Origin: Octopus vulgaris
Taxonomy: Eukaryota
Assembly (NCBI GenBank): GCA_951406725.2
Contig: OX597834.1
Coordinates: 38,130,001-38,194,000, forward strand
Direction: 5' to 3'
Length of the DNA: 64,000 nt
Below the pieces are notes generated by a model, which saw only the letters and a list, made by a program, of their open reading frames with translations, ran no database searches and had not been told where the DNA came from. Below are positions 42,719 to 57,694 of this stretch, one piece after another; position 1 is the first letter of the stretch; each line of letters starts with the position of its first letter. The position numbers were made by a program, and so were the translations under genes.

Positions 42719-43675
42719 TGAAGAACAAGTTGCCGGAAGATTGAATGTCTCTGAGGAATACTGAAATGAAGTAGAGAAGACAGCAAGAATGATTTATTCA
42801 TGGTGATGCAATGTTCTCATGCAACATTAACAGTACAACTAGTTTACCAAAGTTCAGAATTAATGTTCTAACGTCTAGAACCTTCCCCTTTCAAATAGAA
42901 AATGTTGATTATTTTTATGCATGAAATTGCTCAAAGCCATCTGAATGAAATAAGGTGAGATACATTCTATAAGGTGCAAAAGTAATGAAGAAGGGGACAG
43001 CTGTTAAATCTTAAGAAAACAACATCATACATGTAATATTAAATCTATGAGCATGAATCTAAATGCTGCTATTCGATTCTGTATTTATTTTGACTACAAA
43101 ATACATCGATGTATGTTTTGATTTTAATTTGTATGAAAAATATTTCTTTTATTTGTGACTGATCAAGTATGCAAAAGTTATTAACAATTAAAAGAATTCT
43201 AAAGTAAATGTATTAAATACAGTGCATAATTCACTGCAATATTGCTATGCATCTGCTACCTTACTACTACCACCACAACCACCATCACCACTGCCACCAT
43301 CATCATCATTTGCTCAAGGTTGAAGATACTTCAGGATTTACTCTGGATGGAATGAGATAAACTTACAACCAAAAAAAGAGAAAACTTGCATTTGGTGGCA
43401 CGCATTCAATGTATTTCCCTGTGCGTGATTGAAAAGGTTTTTTTTTTTTTTAAACAGCAGAAATTGGGCTTTGGAAAGTTCAATTTCCATTGTTGCTATC
43501 ATTACTGTTACTATCATTATTATCATTATTATTTCTTATTGAGCATTAAACAGCAAACAATATGCTGATAATATCATTCTAGTTAACTGCATACATACAT
43601 AAATGCAAATACAAGTACAGAAAACATTCCATTAAATACACATTTTCTTCACATAACTATCTATATCTATGTATG

Positions 43676-43727
<52 letters not shown>

Positions 43728-43762
43728 CATACAAATATATTCACATACAACACACTCATTGC

Positions 43763-43793
<31 letters not shown>

Positions 43794-43864
43794 CATATAT
43801 GCATATATATAAATTCGTGCATATATATATAAACATATATGCTTATTACATTTATATATATTAT

Positions 43865-43899
<35 letters not shown>

Positions 43900-44606
43900 G
43901 TATGTCTATATGTATAATGTGCATAAGAATAATAAAAACTAAAAAAAAAAATATAGCCTAAATCATGATTTCTTTTCACTTACAAAGATTTTGAGGAATT
44001 TTGTTCTTTTCTTTCCCTTTTGTTAATAATGAAAAAGAAAAACAATAATCATAATTGCAACAGTAATCATCATAACAAAACAAATATATTACAAATGCAT
44101 AAATACATTGGATGCATGTACACATTAGAAGATGTGGACAAAGACTCCTACATGATAAGTACAAAATAATATCATTGACAGGAAATATAGGAAGCATTTT
44201 CTTTAGAAATTTTTAAAAAATGTAAATGTTCTTTTTTTTTTTTCTTGATGATATTACAAGATTTTTTTGTTTGTTTTTAATTTTCTTTAAAAAAAAGCAC
44301 CTAAACTGGACATGTACTTTGTTGTACATGTCTTTTGAAGGAAGTCTCTGGAAACAAGTCATCTAATTAATGACTTGAAATTTCAGCAAAATATTTTTAG
44401 TGAAAGATTTGGAGATTACATTATATATCTGTACGTGAACAGTTGTTGATTCCGAGCAACATTACTCAAAGCTACATAGATACAAAAAGACGTACCTAAT
44501 CATTACAATGTTCCCCATGAGATACTTTACATATATATATTTACACACATACATACATGTATACACGTGTGTGCATACACATATTTATATATGTGTATGG
44601 ATATAC

Positions 44607-44661
<55 letters not shown>

Positions 44662-45572
44662 AACACACACAAATATATATATATATTTATATGCATATAT
44701 AAATATTTATATGTATATGTAAACATATATATACACATACATACACACAAAATGTGTATATATGAATGTTAATGAATATTCATATATGTATGTTTGTGTG
44801 TTTATATCTGTGTGTGTACATCTATCTATCTATCTGATATATATATATATATATATATTTGTGTATGTATATATTTATAAGTTCATGCTTTTATGTATAT
44901 GTAAACACACACATATATAAATATATAATTTTACATCCTCCACCCCCATCCCATGAATTTGTCTTGTCTATTTTATAAACAACGATCGTGTCATTGAACT
45001 ACAATGTAAATTTACCATAATCTTTGCCAATTGGGGAGGATATACTTCATCTTTCATCATTTCGTTATTAGTATTTAACTGATTACATATGAGGAACGTA
45101 TTGTTTTCTAATTATCAATTATTTTTAGAAGATTTATCTTGATGATTTACTAATTTGCTTTACTTCACAAGAAATCTTTCTTAATTTTTCTGTTTATTAT
45201 TATTGTAATAGAAGTTGTAATGTACAAGTCTCTTAATGGAGATTATTTATCCTCCTTCATTGGCAGAGTGCATGCTCTTTAATGATTCTGTTTACTCCCT
45301 TCCCTCATGTAAGGTTGTTTTTTTTTTTCTTATATACATTCTTTAAAAATTTTTGGCATCTACACACAGCACCACCATGTTATAAGAAAGATAATAATAA
45401 TAATTATAATAATAATAATAATAATATCTTTTACAGTCATGAAGCCTATAATTTTGAAAAGAAATAAGGGAACTTATAGCATTCATGCTGTTTCTAATGC
45501 CATAAGTGTTGTAAGTGAAGTGGTTCCAAATTGTGAATTACTACACTATGGCATCTGCTTACCAATAATAAT

Positions 45573-45618
<46 letters not shown>

Positions 45619-45969
45619 TATATATATATATAAAACCCAAATGCACACCTTGCAAAACGGAAATTGGCAGTGTCAAAACATCGGATTCACAAATACAACT
45701 GAAAAATGGAAATATGGAGAATGGATTAATTCTTTAATCCAACTAACATAAAAATTTATAGAATTGGTGAATAAATAGTTAAATATATCCAGTGATTAAA
45801 TAGGTTAATGAAATGGAGGGTTAAGGTAAAAGACTGGGTGGAGTTTTAACAGTAATATTGGTAACAACAAGAAGAAAACTAACATTGCCCACAACAACAT
45901 CAACAAATATAACAATTACATAAATAAATATTGCAATGTTGTTAAGTTGTATGTAATAATAATAATAAT

Positions 45970-46180
45970 GTTTCTAATTCAGGCACAGGGCCAGCTATTT
46001 TGAGGGAGGGGATTGTACTGAGCCCAGCACTTGACTGGTACTTTGTTTTATCGACTCCCAGAGGAATGAAACGCAAAGTTGACCTCGGCGGGATTTGAAC
46101 TCAGAACATACACAGCCAGAATAAATACTGCAAGGTATTTATTCTAGCTGCTAACTTTCCGATGCTCAAGCAATTCTGCC
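45970..46180 (-). mobile_element. tRNA-SINE family A, diverged
   Basis: ctggtactttgttttatcgactccc...aaagttgacctcggcgggatttgaactcagaac. Confidence 0.8.
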
Positions 46181-47923
46181 AAATAATAATAATGGAAATA
46201 AAGAATTATTTCCTACAGAATGTGGAGTGGATTTCTCATCTGACTCATTGCATATTTTATTTTTTTATTTTTATTGTTTACTGTTTTGACTTTGAGGACT
46301 TCTTTGTTTACTTGTTATTTTTCTCTATTGTTGTTACTTTCTTGGTGCTTGTTGTCATAGCATTATCTTGTTAAGTTACAAAACTAACAACAGTTGAAAA
46401 TATCATAATGGAGAGGAAGGCAGTTGAAAAAGAATAGATATTCTTAAATCTACAGTTGAGATGGAACATATATTCTTAAATTTAATTTTCAGTCTTCAGT
46501 TTAGTATCAATTGAAAACTTAGTGTGAAGTTTGCACACATAGGATTGCTATTTTAGTGTGACCATATAATTGCTTATTTCAAATGAATTCTTTTTACTTC
46601 ATTTCCATTTTGCAATAACCACAGAGTAATCTCATGGACATATCTAAAAGCAATAATGTTTATAAATATAGCCTTTCTCTCACTGATGATTAACTATGTA
46701 AAATATGATATTTAAGCTAATGCCTGGGTAATATATATATATTTTAATATGTATCTATGTCTTACTGATTACATTCTTTGTAAATTTATAAATTAATTAG
46801 GAAAAATTATGTTTAGGAAATATTAAAGGAATGAGAAAAGTAAAAAGCTAGAGTTAAAAAGAAAAGAAATGAAAATGAGCAGAAAGCATTTTGAAACCAC
46901 TGATAGTTCTAGAGAAATAAGTGTCTCTTCCACCCATGTTGGAGAGATCACAAATGTATTTTCACACTGTTGTGAAATTGAGTGTTATAGGTCTCCCCTA
47001 TCATCTAAATCCAATGCATGTTGTAGGGTATCTTAGAGGAGTTGGCTTCACTGGCAATTGACCATAAGTATCTTACTGGTAGCTATTTCCATCACCATGG
47101 GAAGAACAAAGGTACCTAAATAGACAATCAACAAGTGCTACTAATGACAGATCTACCACCTTGACTGGTAAAAGAGAAAAAAATATATAGGGGAAATAGT
47201 GGGATGAGTACCAAATAATTAAAATTAACTTATGAGACAGACATACAGAGCAACCTAATTTCTAAACCACATACTAACACACATACACAAATAAATAGGA
47301 TATATAAACAAAAGAAGTACATGTTGCTTTGTCATGTAAAGAAGTGATACTTAAGGTATTAGACAAGGCTAGTCAACAGTGAAAAGATGATGAGAAGGGT
47401 TCCACAAGAAACATTCATCTTCCATTTCTCATGATACACTAATGTACATATTCTTTTGATTATATTTTCTATCCAATTTATGCTAATACAGACTATTACT
47501 AGCCTACCAATTCTAGTGACTATTCTTATCATAAAAAAAAAACTAAAAAAAAAGTAACACTGGCACATACACAATATATTGCTGGTCAGTTATCAGAATA
47601 ATAACTCCCCACAGCCACATCTCAGCAGCCAAACCAGGACTACTGTGAAAGAAACTAGAATGAGAATATGAAATATAAGTGGTCAATTTAAAATAGAATT
47701 TTTTAGATCTCTTTGACAGGTACAAAGCTTAAGGGGAAAAGAGAAATGAAACTGCATGGTTATGTTCCTGTAACTTTTTTGAAAAATAATAAATTCCCTA
47801 TCCAATAATAGAAAAGCAAAATGTAATAAATGAGTCTGGTAGTTATGAAATAAAATATACACACATTTCAGATGTATGTATATATGTGTGTGTGTATGTA
47901 TGTATATATATACATATACACAT

Positions 47924-47957
<34 letters not shown>

Positions 47958-48685
47958 CAAAGAGAATGCATGTGTATGTCTGTAAATGAGTGCAATGGTA
48001 TGAGTAGAAATGGAATTGTTATAGGGTATATAAAAAAAAAAAGAAAGGAATGATGATACAATACTCAGCAATGGATGGAATTTAAACAAAACAACAGGAA
48101 TATGAAGCTTACAAAAAATGATTAAAGATGAAGAGAAAGTTAGACGGGGATAGAGGAGACCAAGAGATGAGAAGAGGCATATGTGTGTTTATAAATTAAA
48201 GTGTTGTTGAGGAGATGATAAAAAGGATATAATTGTGATGTGGGGGAAAACTATCTAGAATGCCATTAAGTGTATTTTTTTTTTATTTTATTTTATAAAA
48301 TTGAAGAGATATGTTGTTAAGAAGGCGATGAAGGAGATTCCCCACCTTCAGAAAAAGAAAGTGGAAATGTTTGTACCGGGATTGATATAATACTCCAGTC
48401 ATTTGACATTAGACTATCGTCATTAAAAAAAAAAAGGATTTTTTTTCCCTTCTCACATTAATTAAATGTCTACACTCTACAATTCTGTAGATTAAAAACA
48501 AATTTGTTTTTTCATTTTAATTCCCCAAAATGAAATTCTTTTAAATCAGCATATCCTTATAAATGTATGCATACATGATTGTGTATATGTATTGACAAGT
48601 ATGCATGCATGTGTGCACACATTTGTGAGTGCATATATCTTGTATAATTTCAGCTTTTTTGCTGTAAGTATACTGGTGCACCACA

Positions 48686-48720
<35 letters not shown>

Positions 48721-49209
48721 TGTATGTTCACTGTCAAATATTATACATCTTTGGTGTGTATACACACACGCACACACACACACACATATATATACATATT
48801 CACACAGCTGCATGCACTAGATAAAAAAAATCAAGCTAAAATGTATTACATACACAGTACACATATATGCATAGATTTATGCGTACATACACATGCATGT
48901 TCAACTATTGGCAAATGCACATCCTAATATCAAAACACATTGTAGTTATGCATGCACATTGCAGGTTAAACCAAAAATGAAAAAATGATACCATCATAAA
49001 CACAGCCAACACCTATGGCTACAGAATAAGGCAGCAAAAAAGTGGGTGTAAAAAAAATGGAAGGAGGAGAAGTAGGATGAGGATGATAGGTAAGATGGCT
49101 GTGGGATGTCCAATAAAATGCACAATTCCCATCCAGTGTAGCTGCATCCTCCTTCCAGTCAATTGATTACCATTGCAGTTTATGATAACTGATTGTTTGT
49201 TTATACATA

Positions 49210-49255
<46 letters not shown>

Positions 49256-49949
49256 TAGATGGGGTTTTTAATTGTTCTTTGCTTATATATATAGATATAT
49301 ATAGATATATATATAAATATATATGTATGTGTGTGTGTGTGTGTGTGTAGTTGTACACAATATGTATAATGTATTAAAAAACATACACAAATGCTCACAT
49401 GCTCAATGATGTAAATATATGTACATGTACACATTACATGTATACATTACATATATTACTTACATAAACAGGTATTTCATATGTAGTTGATTTCATTGGA
49501 GAGAAAAAAACGGCAGAGTGATTTTGGAAAAGTTGGTTGATATTACCTCCACAACCATCATCATCATTGTCACCATTAATATTCACCAACATATAACTAC
49601 TGAAGCTGAGGGGCAAACTCCCAATCCAACAGTTCAGTCAATAGCTATTATTTGTTATATAATGGCATACTCTCCACCACTAAAACAACATAGGGAATTT
49701 AGTTTTTGTGATATAATCATTTTTCATATTTTTCACAATTTTTTGTATTTCTTTATTCTTTACTTTGGCTTACAAATCAGTCATTTTTGCATCACATCAG
49801 CATCTTAAAAAACACAAGTTAAATCTTGCTTTCAAGATTTCAGCAAGTTTTATTGTTTTTGTAATTTTTTCGTCAGTTTTATATAAAAACATCCTTCTTT
49901 CTTTCACTTCTACTCATCATGGCCACATCAGTTTTTCTCTCTCTACTTC

Positions 49950-50003
<54 letters not shown>

Positions 50004-51978
50004 GTATAACCAAACCTTAATTCTAAATTAAACAGACTTACTGTCCTATATTTTAAATTCTTTTCCTCTTTAATTTCATATGCATATGCACATCTCTCTT
50101 CTCTCTCATTTTTTTTCTGTTCTCTTTCCATTCTTCATATTACACGTGACATTTTCTTAAAATATGGTTCTTACACAGAAAAACATTATTAAACATCAAG
50201 ATCTTAAAATCAACATGTTTGAAGATGTTTATACAAGTGCAAATTATTTTTACTTTTGCAACCATAGATACATATAACCAGAGTACATTTATTGCCAGAA
50301 AGAAAACACCTGCACACCATTATATAACTCTAAATACATGTTTTTGTAATGAATATTCTCTAATAAATATTGTGTTGAATATTCTGAGAAGAAAATTAGT
50401 GTTTATAATACTTAGAACACATATATATTGAAGTGTTTAAAGACATTATTAGACTGAGAATCTTATACATTTTACAGGAAACTCAAAGTAATGGTGCCAT
50501 GAAGCTTTAAATAGAATAAAAATTCTGTGTGGATGTGGAACTTTGTGTGTGAGTGTGTGAGAATATGCACATGTATCACATATTAGTCTCCCTATACATG
50601 TTCTATATACTGACATACACAGTCATATCTTGTAATGTAATTGAGTTGTATATGATAATGATAAACAAAATAGTGCATAATTATTATAAACTATTAATAA
50701 TATAATCTAAGCTATATAAAAAAAACTGGACAGTTTAGAGACATAATCACTGAAAAACTCTATAGAAAGCTTTGTTAAGTACTTTGAACAAGTTATCTAA
50801 TTTTAGCTAATATATGATATGCCTGAAAAGATTTTTGACTTGAGATTTTAAATAAATTGTCATGAGGCACAGCTATAATTTTTCAGATAAAAACTCCATT
50901 TCATCAGATAGTCAAGAGTTGTTTTTGCAAATTTTGATGCATTTAGATATTAAGAAGTTCTTTCCTACAGCTATACTCTCAACTATAACCAAGAGATGCA
51001 ACAAATTTATTTCATAGCCACCCATTCTAACATTGAAACAGCATTGTTATCATGACCTTTCCATTCTTCTTCTTTTGAAAGGGTCACAGCCTCAGGAGAC
51101 TTGATGTATATATAATTACAAAGACAGGTGATTAACAAAGGGAGTTGAAATGTGTAAACTTAGTTATGATACAAAAACAAATGCTCAGTAATAAAGACAA
51201 CAAAAATAATTTTCTTTATGTTTTGTCATAAAAGAATGGAAATTGCAACAATATATATTCAATTATAATTACATAATAAATTATACTTATATAAATGCAT
51301 TTTGGAATGCATGAATCTAAATACACATGTATACACATCCACACAAAAATTTGTTCTATTTTTTTAAGAGGTACTCTTAGTTTGATTATAGTTTCTTATG
51401 AATGATTTATAGAATGCATTTAGAGAGAGAGAGAGAGAGAGAGAGAGACATGTTTAAGAAACTCTTGTCTTGACTTTTTTTAATTTTGATTCAGATGGAA
51501 GTAGATAAGCTAAAACAAAATAAGTACATTTGTAGCCACTGAAATCTTACACCAATGTTAACCAATCTGTGATGAACAGTTTTAGAAATCATTAGTAAGA
51601 AAAAAAAGTAATAAAACAGCTGAAAAAATGTTTTAGTTACACTTTCCATCATAGTCTCCGTTCTATCGTATTCTCCATCATTTCTGACTTTCCATTTTAT
51701 ATTTCTTGTGGATGTCACAAGGAGAGTGCAACCAGACTTTGAGGAATACAAACTATTTCCTTTCATTTAGTACAAAATTAATCTCAAAACCAAAACCACA
51801 TATAACTGATACAGCATATTATTAATAATTATTTCTCCTTCACTTTCCACAACAGTAATTAATGCAAAAGATCAGTTAGACAGGTTTTACAGCAGGTCAA
51901 AGAGTAGTGAGGTACCAATCAATTATAGTAAAGCAACAAGGATGGTGTTTCACTTTTACAGCTATATGTGTATGTGTG

Positions 51979-52027
<49 letters not shown>

Positions 52028-52028
<1 letters not shown>

Positions 52029-52176
52029 AGTGATCCCCAACCTTTTTCACTACTAAGGACCCCTTTTATTTAAATGAGTTTTCCCACGAACCTCAAGATA
52101 TTGAAAGGTCTGTCACCTTAACATGTTCACAAACCCCCAGTACTGGGTTTCACGAACCACAGGTTGGGTATCACTG
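52028..52176. mobile_element. hAT/Charlie-like MITE (149 bp) inserted in (TA)n
   Basis: TIRs CAGTGATCCCCAACC / GGTTGGGTATCACTG (14/15). Confidence 0.85.
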
Positions 52177-52214
52177 ATATACACATATAAATAAATATAT
52201 GCATATATACTGAT

Positions 52215-52245
<31 letters not shown>

Positions 52246-52563
52246 GCACACACAGAAATATATACATATATATCTATTTTTTCAATGCTAGAGTAGCTTA
52301 CATGAACATATTATTGCTTTACAGCTAGATGCTTTTTCTTCAGTAACCCATAGCTGTTTTTCAAGTAAGAGATCTCTTACTACACATCTTTAACATCACA
52401 GAGCCAGTGGATGATATGTTGACAAGACAAATGACAACAGCATCATCTCGTTTAGCTCAGTGGTTTTCAGAGACATGCAAATGTAAATGAACCCAAAGCC
52501 ACACAGCTGAGAACCAATTTCTTAATCGGGCAAACTTGCCTGTACCTATATCTATCTTTCTAA

Positions 52564-52613
<50 letters not shown>

Positions 52614-53426
52614 ATATATATGTATATATATATATGTATATATATATGTATATATATATATGTATATGTCTATCTATCTGTATATATATATATAATGTAT
52701 ATATCTGTCTGTATATGTACACATATAGATACAGAGAGAGAGAGAGAGAAAGAGGGAGGGAGAGATGAATTTATATAAGTAATATATGCAAGAACAGATG
52801 CATATGCCAATAAATATGCCAGTACTGTCACATTCAGTCGTGAAAACTTTTCTCTATTGTATTGACTGAAGTGAGGAAACAAAAGTTCCCATTCCATGTT
52901 CTTCTAACCACAAGTTTCTTGAAGTAACATTTGATTTTATGAGAGATGTAAGCAGATGTCCAATGGTAAATATATTATGCTGTCTCCTTCTGCTGAAGTC
53001 CAATAGGTGGACAAGTTAAGAGCCCTGTTGGTGGACTGTTCTGTTTCTCCAGCTTGACAGTTAAGTTCAATGGGGCATCAATATGTTTTGGTTCCTTTGG
53101 AATACTGAAAAAAAAAAGACAAGAAAATGGAAGTTGTAGCAATTTTTTGGAAGAAACCATTGTCGGGATTTTAATTTCCCTATTAATATACATTTATAAA
53201 GCTTAAATGAATTAGTGAATTTGCTTTCTTACAATGCCACTATGTATCTAACTGTCTGTCTGTATGTTAAGGATTATATATATACATACATATCTATATT
53301 TCTGTATGTATGCTTTTGTTATCAAAGTTGTATATATTTTTGGGCATGAGTGAACATCTTTTACCTTTGCTACACCTGTGATATGTACCTATGAAATACA
53401 TTTCTATGGACAAATAAAACCAAGTG

Positions 53427-55274
53427 TTATATATTAGTAACATACCTTGAAGTAATAACAGAGGTCCTGTTGACTGTGGAGATTTGCTGTAAAGGTGCGA
53501 TCTGTTGATTGTATCCGGTGAGCATGTGACCAGCAACTGGAGCCATTGGTGTATAGGAGTGGAGGAATGGTTGGTGATATCGGGATTGCGTTAACATTCC
53601 TGAGTAGCTCAGATTGGTAGGTGAAGCAGGAGAATGATGTTGTTGTGGTGGTGAATGTTGTGGCTTGTTACTAACACCACCACTACCACTCCCTGAAACA
53701 CTACAACTGTCATCAGAGACTGAAGACAGCACTTGGTTGGAGACTATAACAGGTGCATTATTAGTCATGTTGCTGGAATAGGGGATTTTTCCATCATTTG
53801 CACTTGGGTTGCCTAATACTATAACACTTCCACACCTTGTTGCATTAGTCGACAAAGGTATGTCACCATTTATACTGCACTCTTTATTCAAATTTTCATA
53901 GCTATCCATTCGCTTTAATATTTTGTCCTTCAAGTTTGATACAGCCGCTGCGTGAACTTGGTAACGGTTGGATGAATTTTCACTAGCCATTCGTTTCTGT
54001 TCTTCAGGAGACATTGCAATATGAATATTTTGTTGACCACTCTGCGAGTACAAGTTGCCATTGGGTAAAGTAGAAAGATTAGAACGATAGCTGGAGATGC
54101 AATGGTTGGGTAAAACAGAAGTTGTAGTTGGTTCACTATGCAAACTATTCAATGTCTGGTTGCACATGCCGTTGCCTGAAGAAGGAGCAATACTAGCAGA
54201 TGCATGCATATTTACAGGAATGCTGCCTGAAGATATTTGGAAAGGATGAAACAACACAAATCTGGACGAGGTTTGGCTTGTGGGGTTAGGTGCTTGCAGA
54301 TGAGCAAGCAGCTGTGGATGAGCTTCACCTGCTGAAAGTTTAGACTTGCTGCCAGAATTATTATATGAGGGAGTTGGTGTAAGGTTCTCTTTCTTAATTT
54401 CATTACAGTCTGTTGTTAAATAGCCAGAGTTGCGTTGATCATTCTGTTTCAGTTTTTGAGGAAGCAATTGTGATTGTTGTTGCTGTTGCTGCTGCTGCTG
54501 TTGAGAGTTTTGGTGATGATGAGGTGACATCTGCTGCTTCTGTTGCTGCTGATGCTGTTGAGGATGATGATGTGGTTGATGTAGTTGCTGTTGTGGTGGA
54601 GGTGGTGGTGGTGGTGGCGGCGGTGGCGGTGGTGGTTGCTGTTGAACTGTGTTAGGACTAAGCCTATTAGGTGAGATTGATTGATTGTAACTGTTAATCA
54701 AATTAGGTGCAATACTGTTTGAATTGCTGCCTGTTTCTCTTATATTATTGCTTGCATTGCTGTTAGTATTGTTACTAACACTGCTGATGCTGATGCTGCC
54801 ATTGCTATTGCTGCTGGTGATATTATTGTTGTTATTGCAGTTGCTTGCATTGCTCAAGGTATTGTTTGGATTATTGTTTTTGATTGTGGAATGTGGTGGA
54901 TGTTTCCGGAATTTGTCAAACTTTTTATGAAATATTTCCTGTTCAGGGCATTCTGTGGTTTTTGTACTAGTTGACAAAGGGGACGTATTGAGATTGCTAT
55001 TACTAATGCTGTTACTGTTGCTGTTGTTGCTATTTGGAACACTGCTGGTGGTTGACAAAGATGATAATGATTGCCGACAACCTTCAGGTGAGCCAGATTT
55101 TGTCAATTGGTAATCTGCTACTGGCTTCTGAACTTTTGTACTCATTCCACTGAGTGATTCAGGCTGATGACTAGCAGCTTCTGTAATCTGGAAATCGGGT
55201 TTTGGAATATAAGCATGAGGGGATGATCGCCGATCAAAATATGCAAACTGTTCTAGCTCTGATCGTAGGTATCT
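53427..55274 (-). CDS. Terminal coding exon of a spliced gene; low-complexity N/S/Q/P/H-rich C-terminal region
   Basis: Within a 621-codon open frame. Acceptor tttgtttttatctttacag|AGA (phase 0), stop TAA at 53427-53429. Higher GC than the flanks; polyQ/polyP encoded by mixed codons. Confidence 0.88.
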   Translation of the reverse strand, partial: RYLRSELEQFAYFDRRSSPHAYIPKPDFQITEAASHQPESLSGMSTKVQKPVADYQLTKSGSPEGCRQSLSSLSTTSSVPNSNNSNSNSISNSNLNTSPLSTSTKTTECPEQEIFHKKFDKFRKHPPHSTIKNNNPNNTLSNASNCNNNNNITSSNSNGSISISSVSNNTNSNASNNIRETGSNSNSIAPNLINSYNQSISPNRLSPNTVQQQPPPPPPPPPPPPPPQQQLHQPHHHPQQHQQQQKQQMSPHHHQNSQQQQQQQQQQSQLLPQKLKQNDQRNSGYLTTDCNEIKKENLTPTPSYNNSGSKSKLSAGEAHPQLLAHLQAPNPTSQTSSRFVLFHPFQISSGSIPVNMHASASIAPSSGNGMCNQTLNSLHSEPTTTSVLPNHCISSYRSNLSTLPNGNLYSQSGQQNIHIAMSPEEQKRMASENSSNRYQVHAAAVSNLKDKILKRMDSYENLNKECSINGDIPLSTNATRCGSVIVLGNPSANDGKIPYSSNMTNNAPVIVSNQVLSSVSDDSCSVSGSGSGGVSNKPQHSPPQQHHSPASPTNLSYSGMLTQSRYHQPFLHSYTPMAPVAGHMLTGYNQQIAPLQQISTVNRTSVITSRYVTNI

Positions 55275-55657
55275 CTGTAAAGATAAAAACAAAGGTAAAG
55301 AAATACAACTAAAATAAAACAGGGAACAGTAGGCACGAATGAAAAATATTTTACTGAAACAATTATCAATAGTATTAAATTTTCAATTTTTAAGAAGCAA
55401 AGTTTATGAGATTTTAAGATAAGTTAGTAGCAATAGGATGAGATTTTGGCAAAGTCTAGGAATTTCTCTTTTTGCATACCAAACATTTTAATCGTATTAT
55501 AATTGATTTTAAAATTATAATCTTTTATGTATCAATACAATAAATAAGAATATGACACTGGAATTAGAACTTGAATCTCCAAAACACACACACACACACA
55601 CAAACAATGCTTAAATAAATCTACTCAGGATAAATATTAAAAAAAAGGAACACTTGC

Positions 55658-56561
55658 AGGTGATTTGGTGACATCTGCTCCTGAGTGACATGTATCTTCT
55701 GTTTTCAGCAACTGATCAGTTGTCCTTGACAAGTCTGACGGATGAATGTCCACCAGCAAGGACTTCTTCCATGCATGAAGCCCATAAGAAGCTCCAACAC
55801 TTCGTCGTCTCATGTCAGGGACCAAAAGATTTTGTGAGCTATCAATGGAAATACGATCCAGCTCCTGGAGGTGTTGTATATTGGTAGGTCGTGATGCCCG
55901 ACCATCATGAAAGCTAAAGCAACGAGGTCGTGGGACATGGTCAATTCGTGGTGCCAAATCATCAGTGCCTGCAGAATCTGATCGTGGCCGTGAGTGTGGT
56001 GAACTCGGTGAAGAGCTATATTGGAAGTGTAAATCTCGATCTGGCATAGGACTTCCACGAGAGCTGCTTGTGTTTGAGTCGACAGTAGCAATGGATACAA
56101 AGTCTCTGTTATTCAGATACTGTTGGTGTTCCTCTGGAATGGGACTGCTGGCTGCACTATTTGATATAGAAGGGGGTTTACTGTCACCATGGATAGCAGC
56201 ACGCTTCTCAAGTCTGTCACTAAGTTTGCTCACCACTTTAATTAGATTTTCACGGTCAAGAGTATAGGTCCTTCTCCGACTCACCACACTATCATCGACA
56301 CGATGCAATTTTGAGCGTGGCACCGTGTCACGATCCAGTGTATGGCATCTCTGTCGTGGTTGGTCAGAAATAAAATTATACCGGGACTCATCACGAAGAA
56401 ACAGACCATACGGTGTCTGCAGAAAAACTTGCGATAATTGGTTGCTATTTTTTAAAGGCTGTTTCTGTGCAGTTAATAAATTGGGTTCAACATTAGCCCT
56501 CATTGGACAACTATCCAAGGGATTTGGCGTGCACAATGAATCAGTACCACAGTTCATTTGG
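55658..56561 (-). CDS. Internal coding exon of the same gene
   Basis: Within a 318-codon open frame. Acceptor ttttctttcattttctag|C (phase 2). Best in-phase donor is CCT|GCAAGT (GC donor). Confidence 0.82.
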
Positions 56562-57251
56562 CTAGAAAATGAAAGAAAAAAATCAATTAACATTATAACA
56601 AAACAGTATGTATTCTAATCATAATTTGTAAGTAGACAAAACATCATTATAATTACAGATGCATTTCTAAGTACCTATTGTATTAATATGCAGAATGACA
56701 AAGAGAACAGGTCAAATGTATCTGTACCGAGTAATCCCACATTCCACTATGCTCACACAGTACTGCAGAACCATTTGATCAGCTATCTCTGACCTTGTAT
56801 TTTCTCCATTCACAAGGTCTGACCAACAATTATTCATCAATGAAAACTATTTTAACAGATAGCTTACAGCTTACAAAATAACCTTTTTTTTCACACAAGC
56901 TAAGAGCAGAATATACTTCTTATAATTTATTTAGACTTAGATATATATTCTGTGATTAAATCTTCTTGACAATAATTCAATCTTGTTGTTAATACTCATT
57001 AAGAAGTAATGAGGCTCTAGTCATATTACAAATTTTAATTTGTTGCAAAATTTGAAGCTTAGGCAGGAAATGTGGGGAGTGAGGATTCAACTGCTGCTCA
57101 TTTGTTTTCTGGAGAAATAGAAATCACATTAGTATTTTAGTAACAGATTTATATATGTCATTTCCCTTTTTAAAAGACAATGGGTATGATTTGAAAGAGA
57201 TTTGGTTAACATTTCTAGTAGGTCGAATAAAGACTGGCTTGTTCTGTAGTG

Positions 57252-57560
57252 AAGGCATGTGGCTTAGTGGTTAGGGCATTCAGCTCTCATTCGTAAGGTC
57301 ATGAGTTCAATTCTTGGTGGGACATTGTGTCCTTGAGTAAGACACTATTTCACATTGCTCCAATCTACTCGGCTGGCAAAAATGAGTCGTACCTGTAATT
57401 CAAAGGACTAGCCTTGTCACATTCTGTATCACATTGAGCCCCTGAAAACTACGTTAAGGGTATCTGTGTCTGTTGAGTGCTTGGCCACTTCCATGTTAAT
57501 TCTATGAGCAGGTTGTTCTATTGATTAGATCGGGTGGAACCCTTATCAGAGTGCCAGTTT
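57252..57560 (+). mobile_element. Intronic tRNA-SINE family D
   Basis: ggcatgtggcttagtggttagggcattc...gagttcaattc...gtgtccttgagtaagacact. Confidence 0.8.
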
Positions 57561-57694
57561 CCCAGTTAGTTTCTCTAAACTGTTAATGCTAAATAGACAG
57601 ATATGGTAAGTTGAGTAACAGAAGAAGGGAAAGGAATGGAAAAAACCTAGCGAGTGGGAAGGTTATATATATTCTTGCTAGCCAAATTACGTAC

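Noticed and set aside
54413-56618. Plus-strand ORFs over the gene exons
   Set aside because: Antisense shadows of the minus-strand CDS.
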